NCBI GenBank assembly: GCA_964016885.1
Contig: OZ024741.1
Location: 224,998,001-225,062,000 of the forward strand
DNA: 64,000 nt
Direction of reading: 5' to 3'
Origin: Eledone cirrhosa
Lineage: Eukaryota
Made by a program: the position numbers and the translations under genes. The stretch's first letter is position 1; the number at the start of each line of letters is the position of its first letter. Shown here one piece after another: positions 1 to 13,709 of the stretch. The notes below the pieces were generated by a model that made no database searches, was not told the DNA's origin, and saw only the letters and a list, made by a program, of their open reading frames with translations.

Positions 1-131
1 TACCGATCGGTTTCGAATCCCAAAAATAATTAATATATACACATACATGTATATAATGTGAAATGAAACTGGAAGGCCCATATATATATACGTATGTGTG
101 TGTATATATATAAATGTGTGCGTGTGCATAC

Positions 132-191
<60 letters not shown>

Positions 192-532
192 ATATGTATG
201 TGGGTGTCTGATTTATATAAACTTGTCATACACACACATATATAAATATACACAACAACACCACTAGCTCTCTCTCTCTCTCTTCCATTCTCCTTCTCTG
301 TGTCCTCCCCCTATCTCTATGTCTCTCTTTCTCACTCCCTTTGTTTATGAAGGTACCCGGAAAAATCCCATATCTCGGGAACCCGTGGTCCGATTTATGC
401 GAAACTTGTTTTATTCCATTTGTATTCTCATTTCAGGGGCAACTTCATTTCAAAGTATTTTCCCATTATGCGCCCTTTTGGCTGTATTACATTACAGACA
501 AGCAAGCAAGCAATCACAGAATTTTAGTAATA

Positions 533-562
533 TACTAGACCACCCGTGACCCGTTGGGTCAT
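533..562 (-). mobile_element. Helitron 3' terminus (hairpin + CTAG)
   Basis: Minus strand reads TGACCC-AAC-GGGTCA hairpin, a short spacer, then CTAG|T. The 5' extent is not resolved. Confidence 0.5.
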
Positions 563-1246
563 GTTCACTTAAAAATAATTCTTAAATAATTAAAATATAC
601 ACAAAATGTATATAATGTAAAATGACATTAGAAAGCGTGTACGTAGGTCTCTCTGGAAATAGGGTTGGGTGGTGGTGAGGGTATTTCGTAGCCGTGGGGG
701 GGGGGGGGGGGGCTGTGACCCCAAACATTTTAGAACCTCTGATCTACGATGTCATTTCTTTTTCTCAAAAGTATAGGGTGTTTGGGAGTGATTTGGTTGC
801 TATTTCTAGCCGGTCAAGTGATTATGTAGATCTTGCCTACTTGGTTCCTCATATGTTGTTGTTATTGTTGTTTTACTCCAGGTTAATGCTGATTTGTTGT
901 TGTTATTGTCACTACAGCTGTTGCTGTTGTTGCTACTGTTGTTGTTGTTGCTGCTGCTAGTGTTTTGTTGTTGTTGTTGTTGTTGATGCTGTTGTGTTAC
1001 ACCACGTCAGCCACGATGAAACAGATATGTGATAAATAGTTATTCCAGTTTCTAGGCATTTCAATGTGTCCTTTTGTTAGATGTGATTTAAAGACTTGGC
1101 TACTATTTCTAGCAGGTCGAATGACCACATGAAGTCGCTTTCGTTAACTCACAGTGGTTTTAGATTTGTCGTTAAAATTGTTATACTTGTACATATCTTT
1201 ATTGTTATAATTATTGTTGTTGTGGAGTTTATTACTATTATCATAA

Positions 1247-1440
1247 GGGCGATGGATTGGCAGTATCGGTAGAGAGTCGGGCGCCATGCTTTGCAGCACA
1301 GAGTTATGACCCTTTACGTTCTTATTTCAAATCATGCCGAGGTTAACTTTGCCTTTCATTCTTACGGGATCGATAAAATAAAGTACCAGTAATGCACTGG
1401 GTGATTGCTGGCCTTGTGCCAAAAGTAGAAAGAATTATTA
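1247..1440 (+). mobile_element. tRNA-derived SINE, main family
   Basis: A-box-like TGGCAGTATCGG, degenerate B box, core GCCTTTCAT...GATAAAATAAAGTACCAGT and tail GGCCTTGTGCCAAAAGTAGAAA shared with more than 10 copies in the window. Confidence 0.85.
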
Positions 1441-1799
1441 AATATTAACCAAGATATAAAAAAAATTCGATATGCGATAAACATAACATGTACATAAATT
1501 ATAGCGCATATACAAATAGATGTGTATTTTGGTAGTTTAGGGAGTTCCACCGCCCCTGACTTGTAAGTATCTTTATTGTTATAATTACTGTTGTACATGA
1601 AACATCAAAGGAAAGATACATAAATATCACATAAAATGGAACCAGTCATAGATTTTCTATTCCAGCTTCTATCAATGCAATTGTAACCTATGCAAACATA
1701 AAAGAACAGTCGGACTCCCATTGTCATCGCCTCCATCTCTCTGGCCCTCCCCATCTCTCTGTATGGTGAACAAATGGGATCCTACATGCTGGCCTCCCC

Positions 1800-2010
1800 A
1801 CAGCACCGGCGGACAGAATGGAGAAGGCGTTTCCCGGGAGGAGGGTAAGAGATATGCGCTGGAAGAGCCATTCCAACTCGCGAGGCTCACACCTGTGACT
1901 GGCCAGTTCAGCGCCTATGATGGTGGGTAGGGAGGTAGCCCTAGGGCCAAGGACACCAGAAGTCTCCACTGCCAAGGGCACGACCGTGAACCTGTCGGAG
2001 AGCGACCGGT
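1800..2010 (-). pseudogene. CRE-like retrotransposon restriction-like endonuclease (RLE) 3' fragment
   Basis: RSLSDRFTVVPLAVETSGVLGPRAT..LFQRISL; diverged copy of 2777-2955. Confidence 0.75.
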
Positions 2011-2280
2011 TATACTTATTGTTGTTGTTTAACTCCAGTCTTCCATGATTAAGTAGATCTATGATCAAAGATAATTCAGCCACAACCACCTACAACCCCA
2101 TCTTTTAAACAGAGGTGGGCAAACCTTTTGGATCGGAGGCCACATTGACTGGGTCATGAACACCAGAGGGCAACACCATTTATTATTGGATATAGTGTAC
2201 CACTACCCTTACTTTTCTTCAGTTAGAATTTAGAAAATATAAAATATAAACTGCATCATTATAATACATAAATACATAAA

Positions 2281-2470
2281 GGCGGTGGATTGGCAGTATC
2301 GGTAGAGGGTCGGACGCCATGCTTTCCAGCATAGTTACGTCCCTTTACATTCTGAGTTCAAATCCCGCCGAGGTTGACTTTGCCTTTCATCCTTACGGGG
2401 TCGATAAAATAAAGTACCAGTAATGCATTGGGTAAATGCTGGCCTTGCGCCTAAAGTAGAAACAATTATA
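2281..2470 (+). mobile_element. tRNA-derived SINE, main family
   Basis: GGCGGTGGATTGGCAGTATCGG...GAGTTCAAATCC (B box)...CTAAAGTAGAAAC. Confidence 0.9.
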
Positions 2471-2719
2471 ATACATAAATTAATAAAATGATTAAATACA
2501 AAAGACTTATAACAAAGATTTCTTTTAATTTGTGTCTGTACATCACAAAACATGCCAGAACTAACAATTTAATGAGACAAATGCAACTGGTCACAATTTG
2601 TTACATACAGCTAATTAACCTTTTAGTATATCTTCCCAACTAAAAATTGTTGGTAAAATACTGTTAGCTTTTTTTTTTAGAAGTTGGTTCATTCAACAAC
2701 TTGTAGCTGGATGAAAAAT

Positions 2720-3355
2720 GTCGACCTTACTTAAATATGGAACGGTACGCGATGCCCCCCCCCCCCACGCAGCCCCGGCGGACAGAATGGAGAAGGAGTT
2801 TCCCCGGAAAAGCCACTCCAACTCGCGGCGCTCACACCTGCGGCTGGCCAGCTCAGCGCCTATGGTGGTGAGTAGGGAGGTAGCTCTGGGGCCGAGGACA
2901 CCAGAAGTCTCCACTGCCAGGGGTACAACCGCAAACCTGCCAGAAAGCGACCGGTATTTGAGGAGTTTGGCCTCCTCAGCCCGACGTGCAGCAGAACGTG
3001 GGTTAGTGGCAGACTGCACCAGGTTGCGGCTGCAGAAAGTGTCGGTGCAAGTGGCATCCCAGACGAGGTGTTTGCCACCGCGGAACGGGAAGATAGTCAT
3101 GCCATCTGGCCTTTTGCCGTCCCCTCGGTCCAGCCCCACCGGCTCGAGCTGGGAAAGGAAGCCTGCAGCGTCCAAGCCATGCTTTATGACCTCGTTGAGG
3201 GCAGCATGGCGTGGAAGGCGGCCGGAACTGTGGCGACAGGAAAGCGGGTGGAGGCCGAAAGAGTCCACGGTGGATCTGCAGCGATATTGGTGTGACTCGC
3301 AGATCCGGAGGCCGAGCCTCAAGGAAACGCCGATGCGCAGGCTATTGTTGCCCAA
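2720..3355 (-). pseudogene. CRE-like non-LTR retrotransposon 3' fragment (zinc knuckle + RLE)
   Basis: HPLSCR..GRLPRHAALN, KRPDG, LVWDATC, PLAVETSGVLG motifs. Inserted inside the hAT element. Confidence 0.85.
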
Positions 3356-3856
3356 ATTTGTTATAATTTTTCAAAAATCTGGCACTAGGTTGCTGGTAGA
3401 AATTCTCAGTACTGCATGCAGGTTTGTATCTGAAATCATGGATCTGTTCTTGGACTTGTTTATTTTAAGACAGGAAAAAATCTGTTCACAGATGTAAGTT
3501 GACACCAAAATAGAAAACAATCTAGCAGCAAATCTTCTCAAACATGGAATTTTTCATCTGAAAAAGACTTCTAATGGCACAAAATGAAACATTTCTTTCA
3601 ACGAGTGATCTGCTTGCATGTCAATTAGTTCAAACTGTATTTCTTTATTATTATTATTATTATTATTAATTGGCCAAATGCTTCCACGGGCTGCATTTGG
3701 CCCCCGTGCCGTACTTTGCCCATCCTGTTTTTTAAAGATATGTTTGACAGGAGTGAAGGGTCCGTGCATGCAACGCATTCAGTGCATTCGTTATAGAATC
3801 TTGAGTTGATCAATTGCGTCGGTTGAAGCAAGCAGAATTTTAACTGCTTACAAAAA

Positions 3857-3922
<66 letters not shown>

Positions 3923-4259
3923 CACACAAACACACGACAGCTTTGGGGCAAGCAGAATTTTGACTGCTTACTAAATCGTAGACACATAAAAAGATAACAC
4001 ACACACACAAGATAACACTACATGCGGCTTTGACCGGGAGGGTCATATAGAGGGGCGTGCATGCGTCAACGACACGAGGTCCAAACGGGAAGTGGTCAAA
4101 CCGGCCACTTATTTCACCGACGATTCTAGAATATACATGTGTCGCCTTAGCTGGGGAATTTTCCTGATTATATAGGTAAAGTTTAAATTTTCCTGATTTA
4201 ATAGGTAAATTTTACAGTCACTTATTCATTCCAATGCTTTAAATTTTAATTTCAAATAA

Positions 4260-4860
4260 ATCAAATCATTTTTTAAAAAGTTACGCAAAAATTACATTTT
4301 CCACATTTTCGTTTATCCACATGATGGCAAAAGAGTCAATTAGTTCAGTTTCTTCTCTACTTTCTCGATCTTTTGCATCAAGAAGCTTTGAAGAGAGAAA
4401 GAATATAATTCTTGGAAGAGAGAATATATCAAATTATTTTTTAAAAAGTTACGCAAAAATTACATTTTCCACATTTTCGTTTATCCACATGATAGTAAAA
4501 GAGTCAATTAGTTCAGTTTCTTCTCTACTTTCTAGATATTTTGCATCAAGAAGCTTTGAAGGGAGAAAGAATATTATAATTCTTGGAAGGGAGAAACCTA
4601 AGCTTGAAATTAAGACAAAGACGAAAGTGAGCGGCAAGGAATGTTATCGTTATTTTGATTCCAAATACTATGAACAATATGAGTGGATGGCGGGATGTCC
4701 CATTCTTAACAAATTGTTCTGTTTCCCATGTCTGTTGTTTTGTCACCATAGTAATACATGAACAACCACCGGTTACTGCGATTTGAACAATTTCATTACA
4801 GCTTTGACAAGACACAAACAATCTCAGAACCACTTGAGTTCCGTAATTGTCAACATTGTT
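4260..4860 (+). pseudogene. hAT transposase N-terminal fragment (TTF-type zinc finger, ZMYM1-like)
   Basis: RYFDSKYYEQYEW..KLFCFPCLLF..(stop)..GYCDLNN..RHKQSQNH. Contains an internal duplication of about 167 bp. Confidence 0.75.
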
Positions 4861-4918
4861 TGACTACTTTTTCGGCGTTCTCTCCTTATTTATTGAAGAT
4901 TAAAGGGGCATAATTTAA

Positions 4919-5139
4919 CCCTTTAGCATTTAAATCGGTCATATCCGTCCAGAATTTTTTCACCGCTTTCTGTTCAAACCGGCTGTAACTGGCTGCTCAT
5001 ACTGATGTTAAGCTATTGTTCTCAAAATAAATAATATCAAAATCTCATAGATTCGATATTATGTGAGATAATTATGTGAGTTAAAGACTTTACTGTGAAA
5101 ATATAATAGTAAATATAGAGTAATGTAAATGGCAAAGGG
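4919..5139. mobile_element. piggyBac-type MITE
   Basis: TTAA|CCCTTT ... AAAGGG|TTGA termini; no coding capacity. Confidence 0.5.
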
Positions 5140-5409
5140 TTGAGGTAAACTTGGCTTCTATTTCTAGTAGGCTGTACGCAGCTGGTGTATATATGCTGGT
5201 GTATATATATGTCCGGCTCTCTTTCTCTCTCTCTCTCTCTCCCTCTCCTTCTCTCCCTTTCTCTCTCTCCTTATCTCTCTCCCTCTCTCTCTCTTTTTCT
5301 TTCTCTCTCTTCTCTCTTTCTATATATATACACAGTATATATGCAATATCAGCAAAAAAAATGGTGACAGGAAAACAAGTTACATAAGAATAACATATTT
5401 ATAACTATA

Positions 5410-5602
5410 TAATTGTTTCTACTATTGGCACAAGGCCAGCAATCAATCCAGTGTATCACTGCTGCTTTATTTTATCGATCCCGTAAGGATGAAAGCCAAA
5501 GTTCACCTTGGCAGGATTTGAACTCAGAATGTAAAGGGCCATAACTCTATGCTGCAAAGCATGGCGCCCGACCCTCTACCGATACTGCCAATCCACCGCC
5601 CA
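5410..5602 (-). mobile_element. tRNA-derived SINE, main family
   Basis: Reverse complement of the 2281-2470 element. Confidence 0.85.
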
Positions 5603-5719
5603 ATAATTATAATGAAAATTATTGTGTACACTGCTCAGGTGCACTACAACTCATGAAAGGTGCATGTATAGTATATAGAATAATGTAAAAAATAGGGGTG
5701 TATAAAAAGGGGTAACTTG

Positions 5720-6795
5720 TATATATCTATACTATATATATCTATACCATATATATATCTATACTATATATATCTAAACTATATATATATATCTATACTA
5801 TATATATCTATACTATATATATCTATACTATATATATCTATACTATATATATATCTATACTATATATATCTAAACTATATATATATATCTATACTATATA
5901 TATCTATACTATATATATCTATACTATATATATATCTATACTATATATATCTATACTATATATATCTATACTATATATATCTATACTATATATATCTATA
6001 CTATATATATCTAAACTATATATATATATCTATACTATATATATCTAAACTATATATATCTATACTATATATATCTATACTATTTATATCTATACTATAT
6101 ATATCTATACTATATATATATCTATACTATAAATATCTAAACTATATATATATATCTATACTATATATATCTATACTATATATATCTATACTATATATAT
6201 CTATACTATATATATCTATACTATATATATCTATACTATATATATCTATACTATATATATATATCTATACTATATATATCTAAACTATATATATATATCT
6301 ATACTATATATATCTATACTATATATATCTATAGTATATATATCTATACTATATATTTCTATACTACATATATCTATACTACATATATCTATACTATATA
6401 TATCTATACTATATATTTCTATACTATTTATATCTATACTATATATATCTATACTATTTATATCTATACTATATATATATCTATACTATATATATCTATA
6501 CTATATATATATATACTATATATTTCTATACTATTTATATCTATACTATATATATCTATACTATATATATCTATACTACATATATCTATACTACATATAT
6601 CTATACTATATATATATCTATACTATATATATCTATACTATATATCTATATCTATACTATATATATCTATACTATATATATATATCTATACTATATGTAT
6701 CTATACTATATATATATCTATACTATATATATCTATACTATATATATATATCTATACTATATATATATATCTATACTATATATATCTATACTATA
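5720..6795. repeat. ~16-bp minisatellite (ATCTATACTATATATA-like)
   Basis: Directly visible tandem array with a variable TA run. A shorter array lies at 7273-7383. Confidence 0.95.
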
Positions 6796-7616
6796 TGTAG
6801 CAAAGTGTACATTTTACATAGATCTATATGATATGCATACCAACATTAACATATATATCCTAGAAACGATCGTAAAATGATGAATTTTTTAATATAAGGA
6901 ACTGTTTCTTTGAAAAGATATTCTTTCCATCCAAAACTAAATCTACCTTCCTCTACCCCTAAATTAAGGCTCTATTACTACTATTTTACCATCTTGACCT
7001 TCACTATCTTTCTATTGGTCAATTCAAAACCTGTTCCCAAACAGACCTATTGTATTAAATCTTTGTTTTTTTCAATAAACAAATATCATTATTTCTGAAG
7101 ACAGCATATATATGTGTAGGTATGTATATTCCTTCTGATAGTTTGTAAACATTTTACATAGATCTATATGATATGCATACCAACACTAACATATATATCC
7201 TAGAAACGATCGTAAAATGATGAATTTTTTAATATAAGGAACTGTTTCTTTGTTTATTCATTATTTTTATTAATATATCTATACTATATATATCTATACT
7301 ATATATATCTATACTATATATAACTATACTATATATATATCTATACTATATATATTTATACTATATATATATATCTATACTATAAATGAGAATGTATGTG
7401 TGTGTATGTGTATATGTGTATATGTGTATATGTGTGTATATGTGTGTCGCAAAGGCTCCGAAACGGTGGATCCTAGAGAAAAACAGTTTTCATTTTCGAA
7501 ATCTACGCTCCAATGAGCGGAGATTATAAGTTATCAAAAAATGTAATTGTTACGGCATATAAATCAACTTCAAATCTCCAATATAGAATATCATTAGAAT
7601 CAACAACTGTCAGCAT

Positions 7617-7671
<55 letters not shown>

Positions 7672-7754
7672 GTCTTTCTTTGTATTTAACGCTTTTCCCT
7701 CTCTCTCTCTCTATATCTTTACCACACTTTCTCACTCCTTTTCTATATCTTCTA

Positions 7755-7972
7755 CGGTGGTGGTGGTCGTCGTCGTGGTCGTCGTTGTGGTGGTGGTAGT
7801 GGGGGTGGTAGCAGTAGTGGTGGTGGTGATGGTGGTAGTAGTAGTAGTGGTAATGGTGGTGGTAGTAGCATTAGTGTTGGTAGTAGTAGTAGTAGTGGTG
7901 CTGGTGGTAATAGTAGTAGTGGTGGTAGTGGTAGTAGTAATGGTGGTGGTGGAAGTAGTAGTGGTTGTGATT

Positions 7973-8027
<55 letters not shown>

Positions 8028-8088
8028 TAGTAGTAGTGGTAGTAGTAATAGTTTAGTAGTGGTAGTGGTGGTAGTAGTAGTAATAGTG

Positions 8089-8129
<41 letters not shown>

Positions 8130-8165
8130 CGTAGTAGTAATAGTAGGAGTAGGAGGAGCAGGAGG
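7755..8165. repeat. (GTA/GTG)n trinucleotide low-complexity tract
   Basis: Directly visible. Confidence 0.95.
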
Positions 8166-8169
8166 AGAT

Positions 8170-8705
8170 TTAGACAAACTCTCCCAGTCATTCCAAAAGG
8201 CAATAGGATTGATCAAATCCGAGCCTATTTGAAGAAAAATCGACACTTTAGACTTCCATCAAAGTTTTGAAGCTCGCTACAAATATGAGAGCATATCTTG
8301 GTAGAGACGAACAATCAGAGCAGTTTGCCCAGAATCTATTAATGTTTGGGGACGGAAGACTTCCTGTTGATAGCAAGGCACAATGGTGGAATCATTATTC
8401 CATTTCATAGAAAAAGTGTTACAAGGTTACAAGTGGCTCAGTGAAAGGCTATATTCGCCCCGAAAAATGTGACTGTGAAATTGGTAAGACAAGAGCTGTT
8501 AAAAAGAATTCCAAAGGTTTCGAAGCCCTATCGATCTGTCGATACTGTGGTGGAACAGTCGGAAGCTGTCAATTACCCGACAGAGTTCCTCAACTCTTTA
8601 GAACCAACAGGAATGCCTCCACAGGTCCTTCAACTTAATGAAGGAGAACCCATCTTGTTATTGAAGAATTTGGACACACCAAGGCTATGCAACAACACTT
8701 GATTG
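8170..8705 (+). pseudogene. Helitron Pif1-like helicase remnant
   Basis: KLATNMRA..EQFAQNLLMFGDG and NYPTEFLNSLEPTGMPPQVLQL..GEPILLLKNLDTPRLCN motifs, with deletions and stops. Confidence 0.85.
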
Positions 8706-8964
8706 TAGCAGGATCAATTGGAGATGGTTGCTTCAGACAGGACTCTCTGCAAGGTCTACTTGAAGACTCAATCTCCACGATCTTTCCAGGAATAAGTGGG
8801 TGAAGAAGACATATATATCTTAGTTGTTACGATGTAACTTCCTGATGATAAGCAGGTCCTAGCGTAAGCATCTGACGAAGTCACATGAGTAACCATCTAA
8901 CAGAAATATATATTAATGCAATAAACAATTATGGTGATTTAATCCCGTCTTAACTACCTTTATT

Positions 8965-9016
<52 letters not shown>

Positions 9017-9018
9017 TT

Positions 9019-9532
9019 ATGTATTTGAATTTCGTATTTCTAAAGAAATACGGTATGCTTATAAATAAACATTTAGAAAGCTATACCTATGAAAACCACT
9101 GGCAGCTAACACCACCCAGTGGTGTCCGGCAGAAGCGGGGGGGCGGGGGGGGGGGGGGGGCAATAGTCGATGCATTTCTAACTCGTCAGGATGATCTCTC
9201 CCGCTCTTGCAACTGCTGGACTTTGAAAACAGGCGAAAATATATGGATTTTTCGTCTGTGTAAATGAGCTGATTAATCTCATTTGCATATGAAGCTGTAT
9301 ATTTAAAATACAATATATTTTCGTCTGTTTTCAAAGTCCAGCATTTGCAAGAGCGGGAGAGATCGTCCTGACGAGATTCAGTTGTGTTCGAAATGCATCG
9401 ATGATTGTCCCCCTTGCTTCTCCCGGACACCACTGGGTGACGTTAGCGGCCAGTGTTTTTCATAGCTATGCTTTTCTAAATGTTTATTTATAAAAATACC
9501 GTATTCTTTGGAAATACGAAATTCAAATACAT
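9019..9532. mobile_element. Fold-back element with an HHR motif in each arm
   Basis: About 225-bp imperfect inverted arms (9019-9245 / 9312-9532). Confidence 0.8.
9361..9406 (+). ncRNA. Type I hammerhead ribozyme motif
   Basis: GATCGTC-CTGACGA-stem II-GAAA-TGCA-TC-GATGATT. Stem I pairs; stem III is the palindrome ATGCAT; stem II is weak. Confidence 0.7.
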
Positions 9533-9565
9533 ATTTGTATACAGCTATATTTGAAGCTAAATTCT

Positions 9566-9641
<76 letters not shown>

Positions 9642-9642
9642 T

Positions 9643-9673
<31 letters not shown>

Positions 9674-9799
9674 ACACGCACGCACACATACGCACACGCA
9701 CGCACACATAGGCACACACACACACACACACATGTATGTATAATGAAATGCAGATGAGATGACTAAATGTAGTCAATGAAACGCGCATCCTATTAATTA

Positions 9800-10110
9800 A
9801 GAGTTTCTTGCAATCCTTTGTTGTGTAAATTGATATATATGACTTGCAAGTGACTCAGCGACCGTATCTGTATCAGTGAGCTGCTCAACATCACCAGGCT
9901 TAGACCAACCACATCAGTTGTCAGGTCAAGAGTGCTTAAACTGTACGGCCATAACAAAAGATCAACTCGTGGTGTGAGTAGGTTATGCCTAGAAAGAAAG
10001 TTGGCTGGTAAGAGAAGCAGAGATCGGCAGCCAAAGCGATGGGTTGATAATGTCAACCTATGAACTGGACTTGACCTTTGCTCTTTAAACTCTGCTGTTG
10101 GTGATCGAAC
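9800..10110 (+). pseudogene. RTE-like LINE 3' fragment
   Basis: VRSRVLKLYGH..LAGKRSRDRQPKRWVDNV. Confidence 0.65.
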
Positions 10111-10620
10111 TTTGTGGAGAAAAATATCTCATGTTGATGCGCACTGAACAACTGGCGATGTTTAGCGTCTGGATATATATATATGAACATATTTAAAATC
10201 TCGATTGGGGGATATAAGTTAAACAAACCAAAATAAGTCCCTTTCACTCCTATAACGTCCCCAACAGTCGTTTCTGGAATTAAGAATTATTCCGACTCCA
10301 GGAAGTTCTTTGGAAGTAGAGAAAATATTGAGTGGATATGATAGGGACCAAGTTGACGAAACAACATGGTGTATCCAACAGCGTGTGTCACTAAATTAAC
10401 ATATATCTCTCTATATTATAGGACATCACGGCTGGCTTTTAATGACGGTAGAAATAGCACCCAATGATATTAGCTTCTCTTGCTACTCTGGAATTGGAAT
10501 TGGGTATATTTCCTTTGTTTGCGAACCCATATGTACATATGCGTGTATGTATGTATGTATGTATGTATGTATGTATGTATGTATGTATGTATGTATGTAT
10601 GTATGTATCTATGTATCTCC

Positions 10621-11029
10621 GGGAGAGATGACCCCTTAGCCTTTGTCAAGGCAGAATTCTAGGAGAAGGAAAACTCTGATATAACACCTGCAACCCTGAT
10701 GGTATCCAATGATGTTGACTTGTTCTTCTTTTTGGTAAATATCATCTTGGTTAAGAGAGTGGGACTGGCTTTGTGCAGTGCCTTTGCTCACTATAAAAGC
10801 TTCACGGCACAGGCATTGCTTTATATCTGGAGATCTCTCTGCACTTGTCGTGACATGGTACCATGGGCCCAGCACTATGTGTCAATAATTGTCACAAGTG
10901 TAGTGTTTGTACCCGAGTTTTCAAGTCGCTGGCTGGACTGAAAAGTCACACTCGTTCAGCGCATCAGTAGGGGTTCTCCTACATGGATATAAAGTAGTGG
11001 CCGTACTCGAAAACGAGTTGGCAGCCACC
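10621..11029 (+). mobile_element. Non-autonomous RTE-derived element with (TATG)n tail; further copies at 13263-13626, 13694-14022, 14078-14335
   Basis: Near-identical copies. CTAGGAGAAGGAAAACTCTGA motif typical of RTE 5' UTRs. 3' hairpin GTGGC..CTCGAAAACGAG..GCCAC followed by (TATG)n. Confidence 0.75.
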
Positions 11030-11252
11030 ATGTATCTATGTATGTATATATGTATGTATGAATGTATGCATGTATGTTGTGTCGTAATCCAATAATTGAT
11101 TGCTTAATCTTTGTGAATTACATCAGATGACGTTACCACATGTCTTGTGTCGTGATCTCATAATGTAAGCTTGCCGACCAGAGAAATACGCATTGTGATT
11201 TTTGAAACATTAAAAGAATATTTGGAATCTGGCTTTCTTTTTTCATTGAAGT

Positions 11253-11375
<123 letters not shown>

Positions 11376-11622
11376 AGTATGCAAAAGGCTAACAGAAATA
11401 AAAAAAAAGCAAACGATACAGTATAATGAAAATATCTATTATTAGTTTTACACCTGAAAGTATAGAGAAAGTATTTTAACGTTTCAGACGCTAGTCCTTC
11501 ATTGGAAAATAGAATGAGAAATTAAAGAAAAAATAGAAATACCGAGGAGACGGGCAGTGGCAGAAACGAAAAAAAAAGAAGGATTTTAGAGAAAATAAAC
11601 AGGTCTCCATCACTAAGAAAAC

Positions 11623-11653
<31 letters not shown>

Positions 11654-11693
11654 GACTTACTGTAAGACTAGCAACCTTATAATATGGAAATAA

Positions 11694-11773
11694 GCTGTCT
11701 GAAGATCCATATCTTTCCACTGGAAATTCTCTGGATTTCCAATTTTTGGAATGGTGAAACCGTCGGTAACGGC
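11694..11773 (+). ncRNA. Type I hammerhead motif with long stem II
   Basis: GCTGT-CTGAAGA-[~50 nt, CCA..TTCCA/TGGAA..TGG]-GAAA-CCGTCGG-TA-ACGGC. Confidence 0.7.
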
Positions 11774-11850
11774 AATAGAACAGGTGATTATTTAAATCGT
11801 TTTTTAATTTATTTAGAGAATTGTTTGATAACCGCTTGCTCCGCTCTTTT

Positions 11851-11884
<34 letters not shown>

Positions 11885-13589
11885 CATATATATTAGTATG
11901 TCTCTCACTGAGTGTCGTCTGCTTCAATTTGTACTAGCACCCCACTCTCTCCGCCAGTCTCTCGCTTTACCTGTCACTACTCTCACACTAGCTTTTTCTC
12001 TCCATCTCTCTCGTTCTTTTATCTGTTCATTTTCTTTAAACTATTACAAACTGCCACTCACTCTGTCTGTCAGACTGTCATTTGCTTAAATGAATCTTTC
12101 TCTTCCTCTCACTCTCCCCCTTCTCTCTCTCTTTCTCTCCCTCCTAACAACATATTTCTCTTTTGCTAACTATATATCTATCACTCCCTCTTCTTCACTC
12201 TCGCCTCCCCCTCTCTCCCTCTCCCTCCTTACCTCCCCCTCTCCCTCTCTATATATATATCAGGTATAATAAGGCTGAAAAATTTCCGTTGCTTCTATTC
12301 TCATCTACATTGTCTATGAGTTATGACTTATCATTTTACGCCTGTTTACTTATGTTTATCCCGGTTTCGGGCGTTAAATGACTGGGAGTACAAAACGAGC
12401 CTCCAATCTATTGTAGGGCTAAACCTTAGCTGCCGTCGATAAGGTGGTTCATACTAAACAGGAGCAACGGGAAATGAAGTGCCTCGCGTAACAGCAAATC
12501 GCGTCACTCGATCTTGGAATCAATCCCAATATCTTATGATTGGTAACCTAACACTTTAACCATTAGGCCACATGCTTTCGTATCATCTATATTCTCCAGA
12601 AATATATGTAACTGAGACCATCAATTGCTTTAACTTGGACGTAAACGAATGTACACCAACCTAAGGACACCCACAAACTTAAGCAAATGCAATCCATAAA
12701 CCTACATTTAACTGCACTCATCAGACACACACCACAACACAAGAAAAAGTCAATATCAAACACGACCTTCAAAACCATACTCTAACCTTTCCAGAAAGAT
12801 AACCAGTCTGCACCAATTACTGGTACGGAGTGACGTACGTCACCAGGCTGCAGCCGTCGTATTACATAGTTTCTATAATACTCTGCAGCTTTGGTTAGCA
12901 AGCAGATCTTATTAGATTAATCAGCCATTACGCATTTTTTAAAGATTATAAGCGCTTTTAAAGAGAACTATCATGTACTAATTACATAGATAATTTCTGT
13001 TGATCGAATTTTTTCAACTTAGCGTATTACATATGTGAGATTCCACGAGATTTCTTTGTTTGTCGTCTTCCTCAAAGATGTCAGTCTGTCTGTCTGTATG
13101 TCTGAACAGTAAGCTGTCAGTTAGTCTGTTTGACATCTTGTCAGCCAAACTCTATAGCCTCATGAGGTTAGTTACAGTTAATGGAAAATAAATTTCATGA
13201 GAATTTTTTACATGTATGTACGTATGTATGTGCATACATATGTATGTATATATGTATGTATGAAGGAAAACTCTGATATAACACCTGCAACCCTGATAGT
13301 ATCCAATGATGTTGACTTGTTCTTCTTTTTGGTAAATATCATCTTGGTTAACAGGGTAGGACTGGCTTTGTGCAGTGCCTTTGCTCACTATAAAAGCTTC
13401 ACGGCACAGGCATTGCTTTATATCTGGAGATCTCTCTGCACTTGTCGTCACATGGAACCATGGGCCCAGCACTATGTGTCAATAATTGTCACAAGTGTAG
13501 TGTTTGTACCAGAGTTTTCAAGTCGCTGGCTGGACTAAGAAGTCACACTCGTTCAGCGCATCGGTAAAGGTTCGCCTACATGGATATAA

Positions 13590-13709
<120 letters not shown>

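Larger units (their letters stand above)
2110..3727 (-). mobile_element. hAT-Charlie-like internally deleted transposon with nested insertions
   Basis: Termini CAGAGGTGGGCAAA / TTTGCCCATCCTG. Flanks cttttaaa / ttttttaaa. Transposase C-terminal remnant (IQFELIDMQAD..STYICEQIFSCLKINKSKNRS) at about 3360-3645. Confidence 0.75.

Noticed and set aside
1660-1720. Possible acceptor followed by FYQCNCNLCK
   Set aside because: No donor or supporting exons, and it lies in the 3' flank of a retroelement fragment.
2281-2370. tRNA genes
   Set aside because: The A/B boxes belong to SINE heads; no complete cloverleaf is seen.
2718-3497. 259-aa plus-strand ORF
   Set aside because: Antisense shadow of the CRE-like fragment.
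5717-8246. Long ORFs of YI/V/L/T runs (also at 20.4, 25, 34.6, 37.5, 55.8 and 57.4 kb)
   Set aside because: Translations of micro- and minisatellites.
8868-8919. HHR-like motif GCAT-CTGACGA..GAAA-TATATAT-TA-ATGC
   Set aside because: Stem II does not pair. Possibly a decayed copy; not called.
10255-10310. Degenerate HHR-like motif on the minus strand (similar weak cases at ~11140-11220, ~35070-35090 and 58030-58070)
   Set aside because: Core nucleotides mutated or the partner half is missing.
12636-12660. DVNEC resembling a calcium-binding EGF start
   Set aside because: A stop follows within four codons and there are no further cysteines; chance match.
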